Assembly: GCA_003450735.1 (NCBI GenBank)
Contig: DMEZ01000013.1
Coordinates: forward strand, 1 to 61,410
DNA length: 61,410 bases
From: Elusimicrobiota bacterium
GTDB taxonomy: Bacteria; Elusimicrobiota; Elusimicrobia; UBA1565
Direction: 5' to 3'
Shown here in pieces: positions 9,105-18,140 of the stretch. Each line of letters starts with the position of its first letter. The first letter of the stretch is position 1. A program made the position numbers and the translations under genes. The notes under the pieces were generated by a model. That model made no database searches and had not been told where the DNA came from. It was given only the letters and a program-made list of their open reading frames with translations.

Positions 9105-11300
9105 ATGAGAAAACTGCTGGCGCTCGCCCTCCTCCTGCTCTCCCCGACCCTGTCCTGGAGCCTGGACCAGGCGCTGGAGGCGAAGATCGGCGCCCTCCTC
9201 GGCAGGATGACGCTCGAGGAGAAGCTCGGCCAGCTCCAGCAGCTCGGCGGCCCCGGCACCCAGCCGGCGCCGCCGAACTACTCCGAAGCGGCACGGAAGG
9301 GCCGGCTCGGCTCCGTGCTCACCCTGCTCGGGAGCAAGAACATCAACGAGCTCCAGAAGGCCGCCCTGGAGTCGCGCCTCAAGATCCCCATCCTCTTCGG
9401 CTTCGACGTCATCCACGGCTACCGGACGATCTTCCCCATGCCCCTGGCCGAGGCCGCCTCCTGGGAGCCCTCGCTCGCCGAGAAGGCCGCGCAGATCGCC
9501 GCGGCCGAGGCTTACGCCGCCGGCGTGCGCTGGACCTTCGCGCCCATGGTGGACATCGCCCGAGACCCGCGCTGGGGCCGCATCATGGAGGGCTCCGGCG
9601 AGGACCCCTACCTCGGCTCGGTCTTCGCGGCGGCGCGCGTGCGGGGCTTCCAGGGCACAGACTACTCCGAGCCCGGCCGGCTCGCGGCCTGCGCCAAGCA
9701 CTGGGCGGCCTACGGCGCCGCCGAGGCGGGACGCGACTACAACACGGCCGACGTCTCCGAACGGACCCTGCGCGAGGTCTACTTCCCGCCCTTCAAGGCC
9801 GCCGTGGACGCCGGAGTGGCCACCTTCATGAGCGCCTTCAACGACCTCGACGGCCTGCCCGCCTCGGCCAATCCCTGGACGCTCACCCAGGTTTTGCGCA
9901 AGGAGTGGGGGTTCGAGGGCTTCGTGGTCAGCGACTACGAGTCCATCAAGGAGCTCATCAAGCACGGCGTGGCGGCCGACGCGGCCGGCGCCGCCCTGGC
10001 CGCCCTGCCCGCCGGAGTGGACATGGAGATGGTCAGCGACACCTTCATGGCGAGCGTCCCGACGCTGGTCCAGCAGGGGGAGCTCTCAATGGAGACCGTC
10101 AACGAGGCCGTGCGCCGCGTCCTGCGGATCAAGATGCGGCTCGGCCTCTTCGAGCGCCCCTTCGCGGAGGACCTCCCCGAGGCCGAGACGATGAAGAAGC
10201 CGGAGTACCTCGCCGCGGCCAAGGAGGCGGCGGACAAGTCCCTCGTCCTGCTCAAGAACGACGGGCCGACCCTGCCCTTCACGAAGGACCTCAAGACCCT
10301 CGTGGTGGTGGGGCCCCTGGCCGCCGACACCACCTCGATGCTGGGCTGGTGGGCAGGCGACGGGAAGCCGGAGGACGCGATCACCCTGCTCGACGGCCTC
10401 CGCCGGAAGCTGCCCACCGCGTCCGTCAAACAGTTCCAGGGCTGCGACATCGACTGCTTGAGCGACGGCGGCTTCGCCGAGGCCGTCGAGGCCGCGAAGT
10501 CCGCCGACGCCGTGGTCCTCGCTCTCGGCGAGAGCTACACCATGAGCGGCGAGGCGGCCTCGCGCTCTTCCATCGACCTGCCTGGGCATCAGCTCGAGCT
10601 GGCCCTCGCGGTGCTGGCCGCGGGCAAGCCTACGGCCGTCGTGCTCTTCAACGGCCGCCCGATGACGCTCTCGAAGCTGCACGAGAAGGCGCCGGCCATC
10701 CTCGAGGCCTGGTTCCCCGGGACGATGGGCGGCCACTCGGTGGCCGACGCGCTGTTCGGGGACGTGAACCCGGGGGGGAAGCTGCCCTCCACCTTCCCGA
10801 GGAACCTGGGGCAGGTCCCGCTCTACTACAACCACAAGAACACCGGCCGGCCGGCGCTCAACCCGACCGACCGTTACCTCTCGAAATATATCGATTCGCC
10901 CAACGCGCCGCTCTACCCCTTCGGCTGGGGCTTAAGCTACACGACCTTCGCCCTCAAGGACCTGAGCCTGGACCAGAAGACGATTCCCCCGTCGGGGAGC
11001 ATCCAGGCCTCGGTCACGGTGGAGAACACGGGCCCCGTGGCGGGGGATGAGGTCGTTCAGCTCTACATCCGCGATGCCGTGTCCTCAGTCTCGCGGCCGG
11101 TCCGAGAGCTCAAGGGCTTCCAGCGCGTGACGCTCAAGCCCGGCGAGCAGCGGCGCGTCGGGTTCGCGCTGGGGCCCAAGGAGCTCGGCGCCTACGACCA
11201 GGAGATGCGCTGGAAAGTGGAGCCCGGGACCTTCCAGGTGTTCGCCGGCACCTCGTCGGCGGGGGGGCTGGAGGCGTCCTTCGATGTTTTATCGAAGTGA
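9105..11300 (+). CDS. bglX: Glycoside hydrolase family 3 beta-glucosidase (BglX-like), secreted
   Basis: Signal peptide MRKLLALALLLLSPTLSWS. GH3 motifs GFDVIHGYRT, KHWAAYGA, FVVSDYESI. Perfect TATAAT at 9093-9098, only 6 nt before the ATG. Confidence 0.85.
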   Translation: MRKLLALALLLLSPTLSWSLDQALEAKIGALLGRMTLEEKLGQLQQLGGPGTQPAPPNYSEAARKGRLGSVLTLLGSKNINELQKAALESRLKIPILFGFDVIHGYRTIFPMPLAEAASWEPSLAEKAAQIAAAEAYAAGVRWTFAPMVDIARDPRWGRIMEGSGEDPYLGSVFAAARVRGFQGTDYSEPGRLAACAKHWAAYGAAEAGRDYNTADVSERTLREVYFPPFKAAVDAGVATFMSAFNDLDGLPASANPWTLTQVLRKEWGFEGFVVSDYESIKELIKHGVAADAAGAALAALPAGVDMEMVSDTFMASVPTLVQQGELSMETVNEAVRRVLRIKMRLGLFERPFAEDLPEAETMKKPEYLAAAKEAADKSLVLLKNDGPTLPFTKDLKTLVVVGPLAADTTSMLGWWAGDGKPEDAITLLDGLRRKLPTASVKQFQGCDIDCLSDGGFAEAVEAAKSADAVVLALGESYTMSGEAASRSSIDLPGHQLELALAVLAAGKPTAVVLFNGRPMTLSKLHEKAPAILEAWFPGTMGGHSVADALFGDVNPGGKLPSTFPRNLGQVPLYYNHKNTGRPALNPTDRYLSKYIDSPNAPLYPFGWGLSYTTFALKDLSLDQKTIPPSGSIQASVTVENTGPVAGDEVVQLYIRDAVSSVSRPVRELKGFQRVTLKPGEQRRVGFALGPKELGAYDQEMRWKVEPGTFQVFAGTSSAGGLEASFDVLSK

Positions 11301-11382
11301 GGAGCGGGAGATAGCGGGTCAGATTCCGGGCCTTCTTCTTGCGGAAGAAGGGCACCGTAGCGTAGAATAATGGAGAGGCCCC

Positions 11383-11793
11383 GTGATCATCACCGAATTC
11401 CTCCAGAACCAGGTCCCTTTCCTCAAGGGGCTCACGGACGAGCAGGCCCGCGAGCTCGCCTCCGCCGTGGAGGAGCGCGCCTACAAGTCGGGCCAGACGA
11501 TCGTCTTCAAAGGGGCCACCGTGGACGGCCTGCACGTGATCGCCGCCGGCAAGGTCTCGGTCTGCGCCAAGGCGGAGAAGAACAGCGCAGGGGCCCCGGG
11601 CGCCGTGCTGGGCCCGGGCGACGTCTTCGGCGAGCGGTCCATCGTCGAGATCACGACGGCGAAGGCGGCCTTCAAGGGCGCGGCCCCCGAGACCCTCCTC
11701 TTCGTCATCCCGCAGCGCGCCTTCGTCCGGCTCCTCCAGAACGACACGGCCCTCAAGTTCCGAGTCTACGCCCTCCTCAAATCCTCCGGCTGA
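11383..11793 (+). CDS. Cyclic nucleotide-binding domain protein (single cNMP-binding domain)
   Basis: GTG start. The beta-roll motif FGERS (GDVFGERSIVE) is typical of CAP-family cNMP-binding domains. Confidence 0.6.
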   Translation: MIITEFLQNQVPFLKGLTDEQARELASAVEERAYKSGQTIVFKGATVDGLHVIAAGKVSVCAKAEKNSAGAPGAVLGPGDVFGERSIVEITTAKAAFKGAAPETLLFVIPQRAFVRLLQNDTALKFRVYALLKSSG

Positions 11794-11796
11794 CCT

Positions 11797-12213
11797 CTAC
11801 GCCCCGGGCTTCAAGTAGCGGTCCACCAGCGCCATAAGACGCTGCGGCTCGATCGGCTTGTCGATGAACGCCTCGGGGGCGCTGCAGCCGTAGAACTTGC
11901 CCAGATCGTCGGCGGAGAACTTCAGCTCGGTGATGCGGTTGATGGACGAGAGCATGACGACGGGGATCGCGGCCAGAGCCGGGTCACGCCGCAGCTCCCG
12001 GAAGACGTCGAAGCCATCGGCTTTCGGCATCTGGACGTCCAGGATGACCATCTGCGGCCGGTGCTGCCGGATCAGCTCGAGCGCCTTCTCTCCGTCCGGA
12101 GCCTCGATCACCTCGCAGCAGGCATCCTCCAGGATCTGGCGCACGAAAGCGATGCAGTCCGGCTCATCGTCGGCGATCAGCACTTTGGGGCGTGGTTCCA
12201 CAGAGAGCCTCAC
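11797..12213 (-). CDS. Single-domain response regulator (CheY-like receiver)
   Basis: KVLIADDEPD, ILDVQMPKADG and a conserved K in the SAPEAFIDKP region. Paralog of the receiver at 26305..26706 (shared FYGCxxPEAFIDKPIEP tail). GTG start at 12213 or 12201. Confidence 0.7.
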   Translation of the reverse strand: MRLSVEPRPKVLIADDEPDCIAFVRQILEDACCEVIEAPDGEKALELIRQHRPQMVILDVQMPKADGFDVFRELRRDPALAAIPVVMLSSINRITELKFSADDLGKFYGCSAPEAFIDKPIEPQRLMALVDRYLKPGA

Positions 12214-12365
12214 TGGGGCGGCGCATCCCCGCGAACGCGGGCCGGGACTTCTCCGCCGTATCGATCCGGCCGCCTTGCAGACTATAGGATATTTCACCCT
12301 ATCCTGGACCTGGAAGGCCTCCAGGCCCGGGGTATTGTTGTAGAATCCCGCCTGAGCCGAGCTTC

Positions 12366-13958
12366 ATGATGGCCATCCAGAATCAGGCTCCACTCCTCCG
12401 GCTGGGAACGCTCATGGCGGGCTGGGCCTGCGCATCGGTCCTGGCCGGCTGCGCCGTCGCCGGCCGGAGGCCCGTCATCTGGCGGGAGCCGGCCCTCACG
12501 GTCTGGGACTTCTCTGACCCGGCCGCCCCCCTGACGCCCGCCTCGGGCCCCGCCAGCCTCGCCTATTCCGGCGCCGATGGGCCCGGCTGGGGAGCCAAGA
12601 CCAAGACGGGCCGGGCGAGCGCCCTGGGACTGCCCCCCATGGCGGACGGCGATCCGTGGGTCCTGGCCTTGCCGGCCAGGAGCGCACGGGAGGGGCTGTC
12701 CCTGACGCACCGGGGCTCTCCCAACGGGGCGTTCCTGCGCAAGGGCAGGGTCTCCAACTACACCCTCGTCATGGACGTGCTCTGGCCGGAATCGGCCGCC
12801 GGCTCCACCCGCAGCGTCCTCCAGACCGACCTGGGCGGCGCCGGCGAGGCCGAACTCCGCGTGAGCGCGGAGAACGAGCTCGGGAGCGGGGACGTCTTCG
12901 GAGGCGTCCTGGCGCCGGGACGCTGGCACCGGCTGGCCGTCTCGGTGCAGTCCGCGAAAGGCTACGGAGGGGTCGGGCAGGTCCATAAGTTCATCGACGG
13001 CCGGTTCGTGGGCGCCTACCTCACCGACAGCCCCGGGGAGGTGAGCCGGTGGACCCTGGGGGATTCCCTGCTCCTCTTCACGGACAGCGAGCCCGTCTCG
13101 ACCGAGGTCGCCCTTGGCGGCCTGATGTTCATCGACCGCAACCTCCCCATGGAAGAGCTCTCCCGCCTCGGCGGCCCCTCGGCGGCGGGCGCCGGCGCGC
13201 CTGGGCCGGCGCCCGGCCCGGAGAAGCCTCTCTCCAGGCGCGTAGGCGTCGTCGGACACCGCGGCGACAACTGCTGCGCCCCGGAGAACACCTTGGCCGC
13301 CATCCGGCAGGCCTTCGACAAGGGAGCCGAGTACGTCGAGGTCGACGTCCGCCGGACGGCCAACGGCGACCTCGTGCTCCTGCACGACGAGACCGTCGAC
13401 AGAACGACCGACGGACGGGGCCGCGTCGCGGACCTGACCCTCTGGGAGCTCAAGGCGCTCGACGCCGGCTCCTGGCACAGCCCGAAGTTCGCGGGCGAGA
13501 AGATCCCCACCCTGGCCGAGGCCCTGCTGGCCGCCAAGGGGCGCGGCAAGCTGATCCTGGACGTCAAGGCTCTCGATGTCGGGCAGGACATCCGCAGGGC
13601 GCTCTCCGAAGCCGGCGTCGGCCCGGACGCCATCCTGCCGGTCATGAACGTGGACGCCCGGGCTTTGGCGGACTTCCGCAAGCACCTCGGGGGAGCGGTG
13701 CTCCTGTGGGGGGAGGCGCCGGACCCCTCCGCCCTCGACGCCCTCAAGGCCTCGGGCGTGGGCGGCTTTGAAGTGCCGTTCTGGACCGTCAAGCCCCCGT
13801 TCCTCGAGGCCGCGCGCGCGCGCGGCATGCCGGTCATCGTCTATACGGTCATCGCCCCCGACACGATGCGCTGGCTGGCCGACGACGTGGGCGTGGACGT
13901 CATCGAGACGGATTTCCCCGGCGTCCTGAACTCCCTGCGGCCCAAGTTGCAGCCTTAG
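12366..13958 (+). CDS. Lipoprotein fusion: N-terminal concanavalin A-like (LamG-like) domain plus C-terminal glycerophosphodiester phosphodiesterase (GDPD) domain
   Basis: Lipobox VLAGC. C-terminal GDPD motifs VGHRGDNCCAPENT, EVDVRRTANGDLVLLHDETVDRTTDG. The N-terminal ~260 aa are predicted beta-sandwich; the LamG-like assignment is tentative. Confidence 0.65.
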   Translation: MMAIQNQAPLLRLGTLMAGWACASVLAGCAVAGRRPVIWREPALTVWDFSDPAAPLTPASGPASLAYSGADGPGWGAKTKTGRASALGLPPMADGDPWVLALPARSAREGLSLTHRGSPNGAFLRKGRVSNYTLVMDVLWPESAAGSTRSVLQTDLGGAGEAELRVSAENELGSGDVFGGVLAPGRWHRLAVSVQSAKGYGGVGQVHKFIDGRFVGAYLTDSPGEVSRWTLGDSLLLFTDSEPVSTEVALGGLMFIDRNLPMEELSRLGGPSAAGAGAPGPAPGPEKPLSRRVGVVGHRGDNCCAPENTLAAIRQAFDKGAEYVEVDVRRTANGDLVLLHDETVDRTTDGRGRVADLTLWELKALDAGSWHSPKFAGEKIPTLAEALLAAKGRGKLILDVKALDVGQDIRRALSEAGVGPDAILPVMNVDARALADFRKHLGGAVLLWGEAPDPSALDALKASGVGGFEVPFWTVKPPFLEAARARGMPVIVYTVIAPDTMRWLADDVGVDVIETDFPGVLNSLRPKLQP

Positions 13959-15556
13959 CCCGCCTTCGGCGTATAGCCGGGGATGCGGCTCTCGTCCACC
14001 GCGTCGATCTGGGCCGGGGGGAGGAACTGCTTGGCGTACGCCAGGTACACCTTCTCGCGGACGAAGACGTCGAAGAGGTCGGGGTCGATGTGTCCCCCGA
14101 GCTTCATCTTCCCCAGGATCTCCAGCGCTTCCGACAGGGTCTTGCCCTTCTTGTAGGGCCTATCCGCGGCGGTGAGCGCCTCGAAGATGTCCGCGATGCC
14201 GATCATGCGCGCCTGCACCGACATCTGCTCGCGCGTGAGCCCCTTCGGGTACCCCTTGCCGTCCATGCGCTCGTGGTGGCCGCCGGCGAACTCCGGCACG
14301 TTCTTCAGCTGCTTCGGCCAGGGGAGCGATTCCAGCATCTTGATGCTGACCTCGATGTGGCGGTTGATGATCCGCCGCTCCTCCTCCGTCAGGGTGCCGG
14401 CGCGGATGGTGAGATTCTTGACCTCGTCCTCGCTCAGGAAATCGGCCGTCCGGCCGTCGGCGCCGCGCCACCGGTAGGCGGCGATCCGGCGCACGCGCGC
14501 GCAGTCCTCCTCCGCCATGAACTCGCCGCCGACGTTGCAGCGCCGCAGGAAAGCGCGGTCGTCCTCGAGCTGCCGGAGGCGGGCCTCGTAGGCGGCGCGG
14601 AGGGAGGCTTCGCCGCCCCCGGCCGCCAGGGCGCGCAGCAGTTCGATCTCGGCATCCCGCTTGAGCACTTCGAAGCGCGTGTCCAGCAGGTGGATGCGGT
14701 CGAAGATGGTCTGCAGCTTGGTGGCCTTGTCGACGATGTCCACCGGAGTCGTGATCTTGCCGCAGTCGTGCAGCAGCGCCGCGATCTTGAGCTCGTGCCT
14801 CTGCGCGTCGGTCATGTCCGCGCCCGCCGCCTCGGCGAGCATCATGGTCAGGGCCGGCACGCGCGCGCAGTGGCCGCCGGTGTAGGGGGATTTGTCGTCG
14901 ATCGCGGTATTGATGAGGACGACGAGGGATTCGAAGAGCTCCTCGAGCTGCTCGATCAGCCTCCGGTTGGTCAGCACGATGGCGGCCTGCGAGGCGAGCG
15001 ACTCGAGCAGGTGCTGGTGGTCCTCGTCGAACGGGACGATCCCGCCGCTTTGCGGGTCCTGGGCGTTGATCAGCTGCAGCACCCCGATGACCTCGTCCTC
15101 GTGGTTGAGCATCGGCACCGTGAGGAAGGAGGTGGAGCGGTAGCCGTTCTTCGCGTCGAAGCTCTTCGTCCCCGAGAAGTCGTACTCCTCCGCGGCGTAG
15201 GCGTCCGGGAGGTTCACCGTCTCGCCGCTGAGCGCGGCGTGGGTGACCACCATCTTGTGGTCGGGCCGCCCCTCTTTGTCGTAGAGGGAAATCGGATCGA
15301 AGCGGATGGGCACGCCCGAGGTGCCGCCCATCGCGACCTTCAGGGAATCGGTGCGCAGGATGGCGAAGCGCAGGACCCGCTGCTCCGGGTCGTGGAGGTA
15401 GAGGGTGCCGGCGTCGGCGTTGGCGACGCGCTTGGCGGCGAGCAGGATGGTCTCGAGCAGGTGGTCGAGGTCGCCCTGCCTCGAGAGCGCGATGCCGATC
15501 TCGTTGAGCTCCTTGAGGCGGTGCGCGAGGTTCTCGTCGGAGCGCATGGGCGTCAT
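13955..15556 (-). CDS. GAF domain + HD-GYP domain c-di-GMP phosphodiesterase
   Basis: HD motif LLHDCGK. HD-GYP signature HHERMDGKGYP. N-terminal GAF-like region. ATGA overlap with the upstream gene. Confidence 0.8.
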   Translation of the reverse strand: MTPMRSDENLAHRLKELNEIGIALSRQGDLDHLLETILLAAKRVANADAGTLYLHDPEQRVLRFAILRTDSLKVAMGGTSGVPIRFDPISLYDKEGRPDHKMVVTHAALSGETVNLPDAYAAEEYDFSGTKSFDAKNGYRSTSFLTVPMLNHEDEVIGVLQLINAQDPQSGGIVPFDEDHQHLLESLASQAAIVLTNRRLIEQLEELFESLVVLINTAIDDKSPYTGGHCARVPALTMMLAEAAGADMTDAQRHELKIAALLHDCGKITTPVDIVDKATKLQTIFDRIHLLDTRFEVLKRDAEIELLRALAAGGGEASLRAAYEARLRQLEDDRAFLRRCNVGGEFMAEEDCARVRRIAAYRWRGADGRTADFLSEDEVKNLTIRAGTLTEEERRIINRHIEVSIKMLESLPWPKQLKNVPEFAGGHHERMDGKGYPKGLTREQMSVQARMIGIADIFEALTAADRPYKKGKTLSEALEILGKMKLGGHIDPDLFDVFVREKVYLAYAKQFLPPAQIDAVDESRIPGYTPKAG

Positions 15557-16344
15557 TTCGTCTTCAAGTCCTTCAGGTCCCAGCCGTAGAACCAGCTCAG
15601 GGAGAACCGCAAGGTCTTGACCGTCCGATGGAGCTGAGGATAGGTCTCCCAGCAGTATTCCGAGCCGACGTCGAAATACTTGCCCTTGAAGACCGCGGCG
15701 AGGGAGGGCCCGTGCACGTCGTAGTACTGCCGGTTCTTGGAGCGCAGGCGCCAGTCATAGGACGCGTAGGTGTGGAACATCCAGCCCCAGCCGAGCGCCG
15801 CCCAGTCCACACCCTGCCGGACCCAGCCCTGCGAGCCGGAGCCTTCCTCGCCGTGGAGATCGTAGGTCATCTTGCCCCAGGTGGAGAGCGGAAGGGCGAG
15901 CGGGGCGCGGGAGCCCAGGCGGGGCTTCCCGGTCCACTTGGAGACGTCCCAGGAGCTGAACCAGCTGCCGAAGAGGGAATAGTTGTTGTCGTCAAGGGGG
16001 AGGTCGGGATAGCGCAGCCATGCGAACTCCGCTCCGGCGGTGAGGGGCCCTTTCGCGAGCGAAGCGATCAAGGACGGCCCGTAGGTGTTGTAGTAGGTCT
16101 TGTTCTTGTTGCGCACGCGCCAGTTGTACGCGGCGTAGGTGTCCATGTCCACGTCCCCTTTGAACCGGACCCAGCGCACTCCCTGCCTGGCCCAGCCCTG
16201 CACGCCGGTGCCTTCCGTGTCGTCGGAGCCGCGCTTAAGGCTGCCCCAGGTGGAGCCGGGGTAGCCCTCGGGGGAGTAGGTCTCGGAGCCCGCCGGAGCG
16301 GACGCGAAGACGAGGAGCGTCAAAACCGCGGTTCGAAGCCTCAT
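15553..16344 (-). CDS. Secreted W/Y-rich protein with an internal tandem duplication (two ~115-aa repeats)
   Basis: Signal peptide MRLRTAVLTLLVFASAPAGS. Repeat 1 GVQGWARQGVRW...YAAYNWRVRNKNKTYYNTYGPSL matches repeat 2 GSQGWVRQGVDW...YASYDWRLRSKNRQYYDVHGPSL. ATGA overlaps at both ends place it in the bcs operon. Confidence 0.5.
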   Translation of the reverse strand: MRLRTAVLTLLVFASAPAGSETYSPEGYPGSTWGSLKRGSDDTEGTGVQGWARQGVRWVRFKGDVDMDTYAAYNWRVRNKNKTYYNTYGPSLIASLAKGPLTAGAEFAWLRYPDLPLDDNNYSLFGSWFSSWDVSKWTGKPRLGSRAPLALPLSTWGKMTYDLHGEEGSGSQGWVRQGVDWAALGWGWMFHTYASYDWRLRSKNRQYYDVHGPSLAAVFKGKYFDVGSEYCWETYPQLHRTVKTLRFSLSWFYGWDLKDLKTK

Positions 16345-18134
16345 CGGGCCACCTTCCTGAAGTCCTGGGGGGACGGTATCGTGCCGGAAGGCGTCAGCGC
16401 ATATTCGGGCAGCGGCTTCCACTCGTCGCTCTTCAGCCTGTAGACATAGCCTTCGCCGAGCCGCATCACGGCGGCGTTCTCGTCCTCGGCCAGGAACTCC
16501 GTGCCGGGAACCTCCGCGGCGAGAGCCTCCGGCCTGCGGGCGTCCTTGGAGAAGGGGTCATGGCGCAGGAACTCCGCGAGGAGCCAGGCCAGGGCGAGAA
16601 AGCTCGCGGGCTTGGTGATGACCTGCGGTTTCGCGGCATCCGCGTGGAAGGGCTTCCCGACCAATCTCACGGCGACGGGCACGGTCGCGATGGGGGGGAG
16701 CGGGATGTCCCGGACGTCCTTGGCCTGCATCTTCGTGCCGGTCAAGGCCGCGCCGTGCTCCGGCACGAACACCACGACCGCGCTGCGGCCCGATCTCTCG
16801 ACCGTCGAGAGGAAGGATTCCAGCTGTGCGATCATAGCCTCGAGCCTTCCCCTGTAGGAGGCGGCGTCGTCCGGGCCTCCGGAGACTCCCGACTTGTGCG
16901 TTCCCATGTGGAGATTGGCGGTATTGTAGTACAACGCCGCCCTCGGCGCCGACGACTCCTGGCGGGCTTTCCAGAATCGGCTCAGCGCCGCTTCGTCCTG
17001 GCTCATGGGGGAGTCGTCGAACATCCGATAGGCCGTCGGCAGGCCGTCGATGCCGATAGGCGGATCTCCCCGGCCGTACTTCTGCACGTTGACCGCGAAA
17101 TCGGCGTACTTGCCGTCGTTGTTGGTCATCGTGTAGGTCTTGAACCCGACGCTCCTCAGCCGGCCCAGGAGATAACAGCTGGCGGGGGCTTCGTCATAGA
17201 GCGCCTTGTGCCGCATCTGTCCGCAAGGGGCCTTCAGCAGGCGCAGCGACGCCGGGCCACTGTAGGAGCAGGCCGCGCTGAAATCGGTGAAGACGTAGTC
17301 GAACCTCGAGAAGAACGGCAGCAGGTCGGCCCCGGCATCCCTGATGTCCTTCCACGAGAGCGAGCAGATGTGCAGGAGGATCACGTCGAAAGGCCGCGCG
17401 CCATTCTCGGGAGGCGGGATCGCCACCACCCTGCGGCGTTCCTTCCGGTAGAAAGCCGCCGGCGACGCGCTGGGCCCCTCCGGCTCGGCCTCCTCCTCCG
17501 CCGGCTCCGGCTGCGGGGCGGGCGCCTCGGACCGGGCGAGGGCGGCTACCCTGTCGTAGAACGGGTCCTCGGGCAGCGGCTTCCTCGGCTCCAGGACCGG
17601 CCTCCTCGAGAGTTCCGCGGGAGCGTCCTCGCCCTCCAGGGCCAGGACGCCGTGCTTCGCCTGCAGACCCCACGCCGCGCCGAAGAGGACGTAGGCGCAG
17701 AGGGCGAGCGTCAGGGGCTTCCTGCGTGAGACGAGGAAGCATGCCGCGCAGAGCGCGAGCCCGGCCGCGAGCATCGGCAGGTTCAGGAACTGCCAGAGGA
17801 ACTCCGATAGGTAGCGCGCCGACGGGCGCTGCTTCGGGTCCGCCAGAAAATCAATGATCGTCATGGGAGGAGGGAGGAAGGATTCCCGCCACAGGAGCGC
17901 CAGCGCCGCGACGGCCGCCGACGCCCCGATGAGAGCGGTGAGGAGGCGGCTCTTCTTCGGGGGGGCGTGGAGCGCTAGATGCACGGCAAGCGCGAGCGCC
18001 CCCGTCAGGGCCGCATCGAGGGTGAGATAGCCGGCCAACGAGAGGACCGCCGCCGCGGCCAGGTACGCGTACCAGGCGGCCGCCAGCTCCTCGGAGAACC
18101 CACGGGGATCGAACGCCAGGCCGGCGATTCTCAC
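16341..18134 (-). CDS. bcsG: Cellulose biosynthesis protein BcsG-like phosphoethanolamine transferase (N-terminal TM domain + alkaline-phosphatase-like domain)
   Basis: N-terminal multi-TM region. Catalytic-domain motif ILLHICSLSWKDI (Cys/Ser ligands). PEHGAAL (Glu-His). The gene sits immediately downstream of bcsB. Confidence 0.55.
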   Translation of the reverse strand: MRIAGLAFDPRGFSEELAAAWYAYLAAAAVLSLAGYLTLDAALTGALALAVHLALHAPPKKSRLLTALIGASAAVAALALLWRESFLPPPMTIIDFLADPKQRPSARYLSEFLWQFLNLPMLAAGLALCAACFLVSRRKPLTLALCAYVLFGAAWGLQAKHGVLALEGEDAPAELSRRPVLEPRKPLPEDPFYDRVAALARSEAPAPQPEPAEEEAEPEGPSASPAAFYRKERRRVVAIPPPENGARPFDVILLHICSLSWKDIRDAGADLLPFFSRFDYVFTDFSAACSYSGPASLRLLKAPCGQMRHKALYDEAPASCYLLGRLRSVGFKTYTMTNNDGKYADFAVNVQKYGRGDPPIGIDGLPTAYRMFDDSPMSQDEAALSRFWKARQESSAPRAALYYNTANLHMGTHKSGVSGGPDDAASYRGRLEAMIAQLESFLSTVERSGRSAVVVFVPEHGAALTGTKMQAKDVRDIPLPPIATVPVAVRLVGKPFHADAAKPQVITKPASFLALAWLLAEFLRHDPFSKDARRPEALAAEVPGTEFLAEDENAAVMRLGEGYVYRLKSDEWKPLPEYALTPSGTIPSPQDFRKVAR

Positions 18135-18140
18135 GGCCCT

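Noticed and set aside
7439-9965. ORFs 7439..8947(+), 7863..8807(-), 7913..8707(-), 8720..9259(-), 9012..9965(-), 9101..11050(+)
   Set aside because: Shadow ORFs of the histidine kinase and bglX with no domain signal. A possible 43-aa ORF (MIRLLRWLDPASKAELVLLSSRDYLRLWKAWDLPDPSSVGLP, approximately 8887..9015, minus) was considered but is too short and unsupported.
12294-15589. ORFs 12294..13685(-), 13016..13837(-), 14090..15589(+)
   Set aside because: Antisense or frame-shifted shadows of the GDPD and HD-GYP genes.
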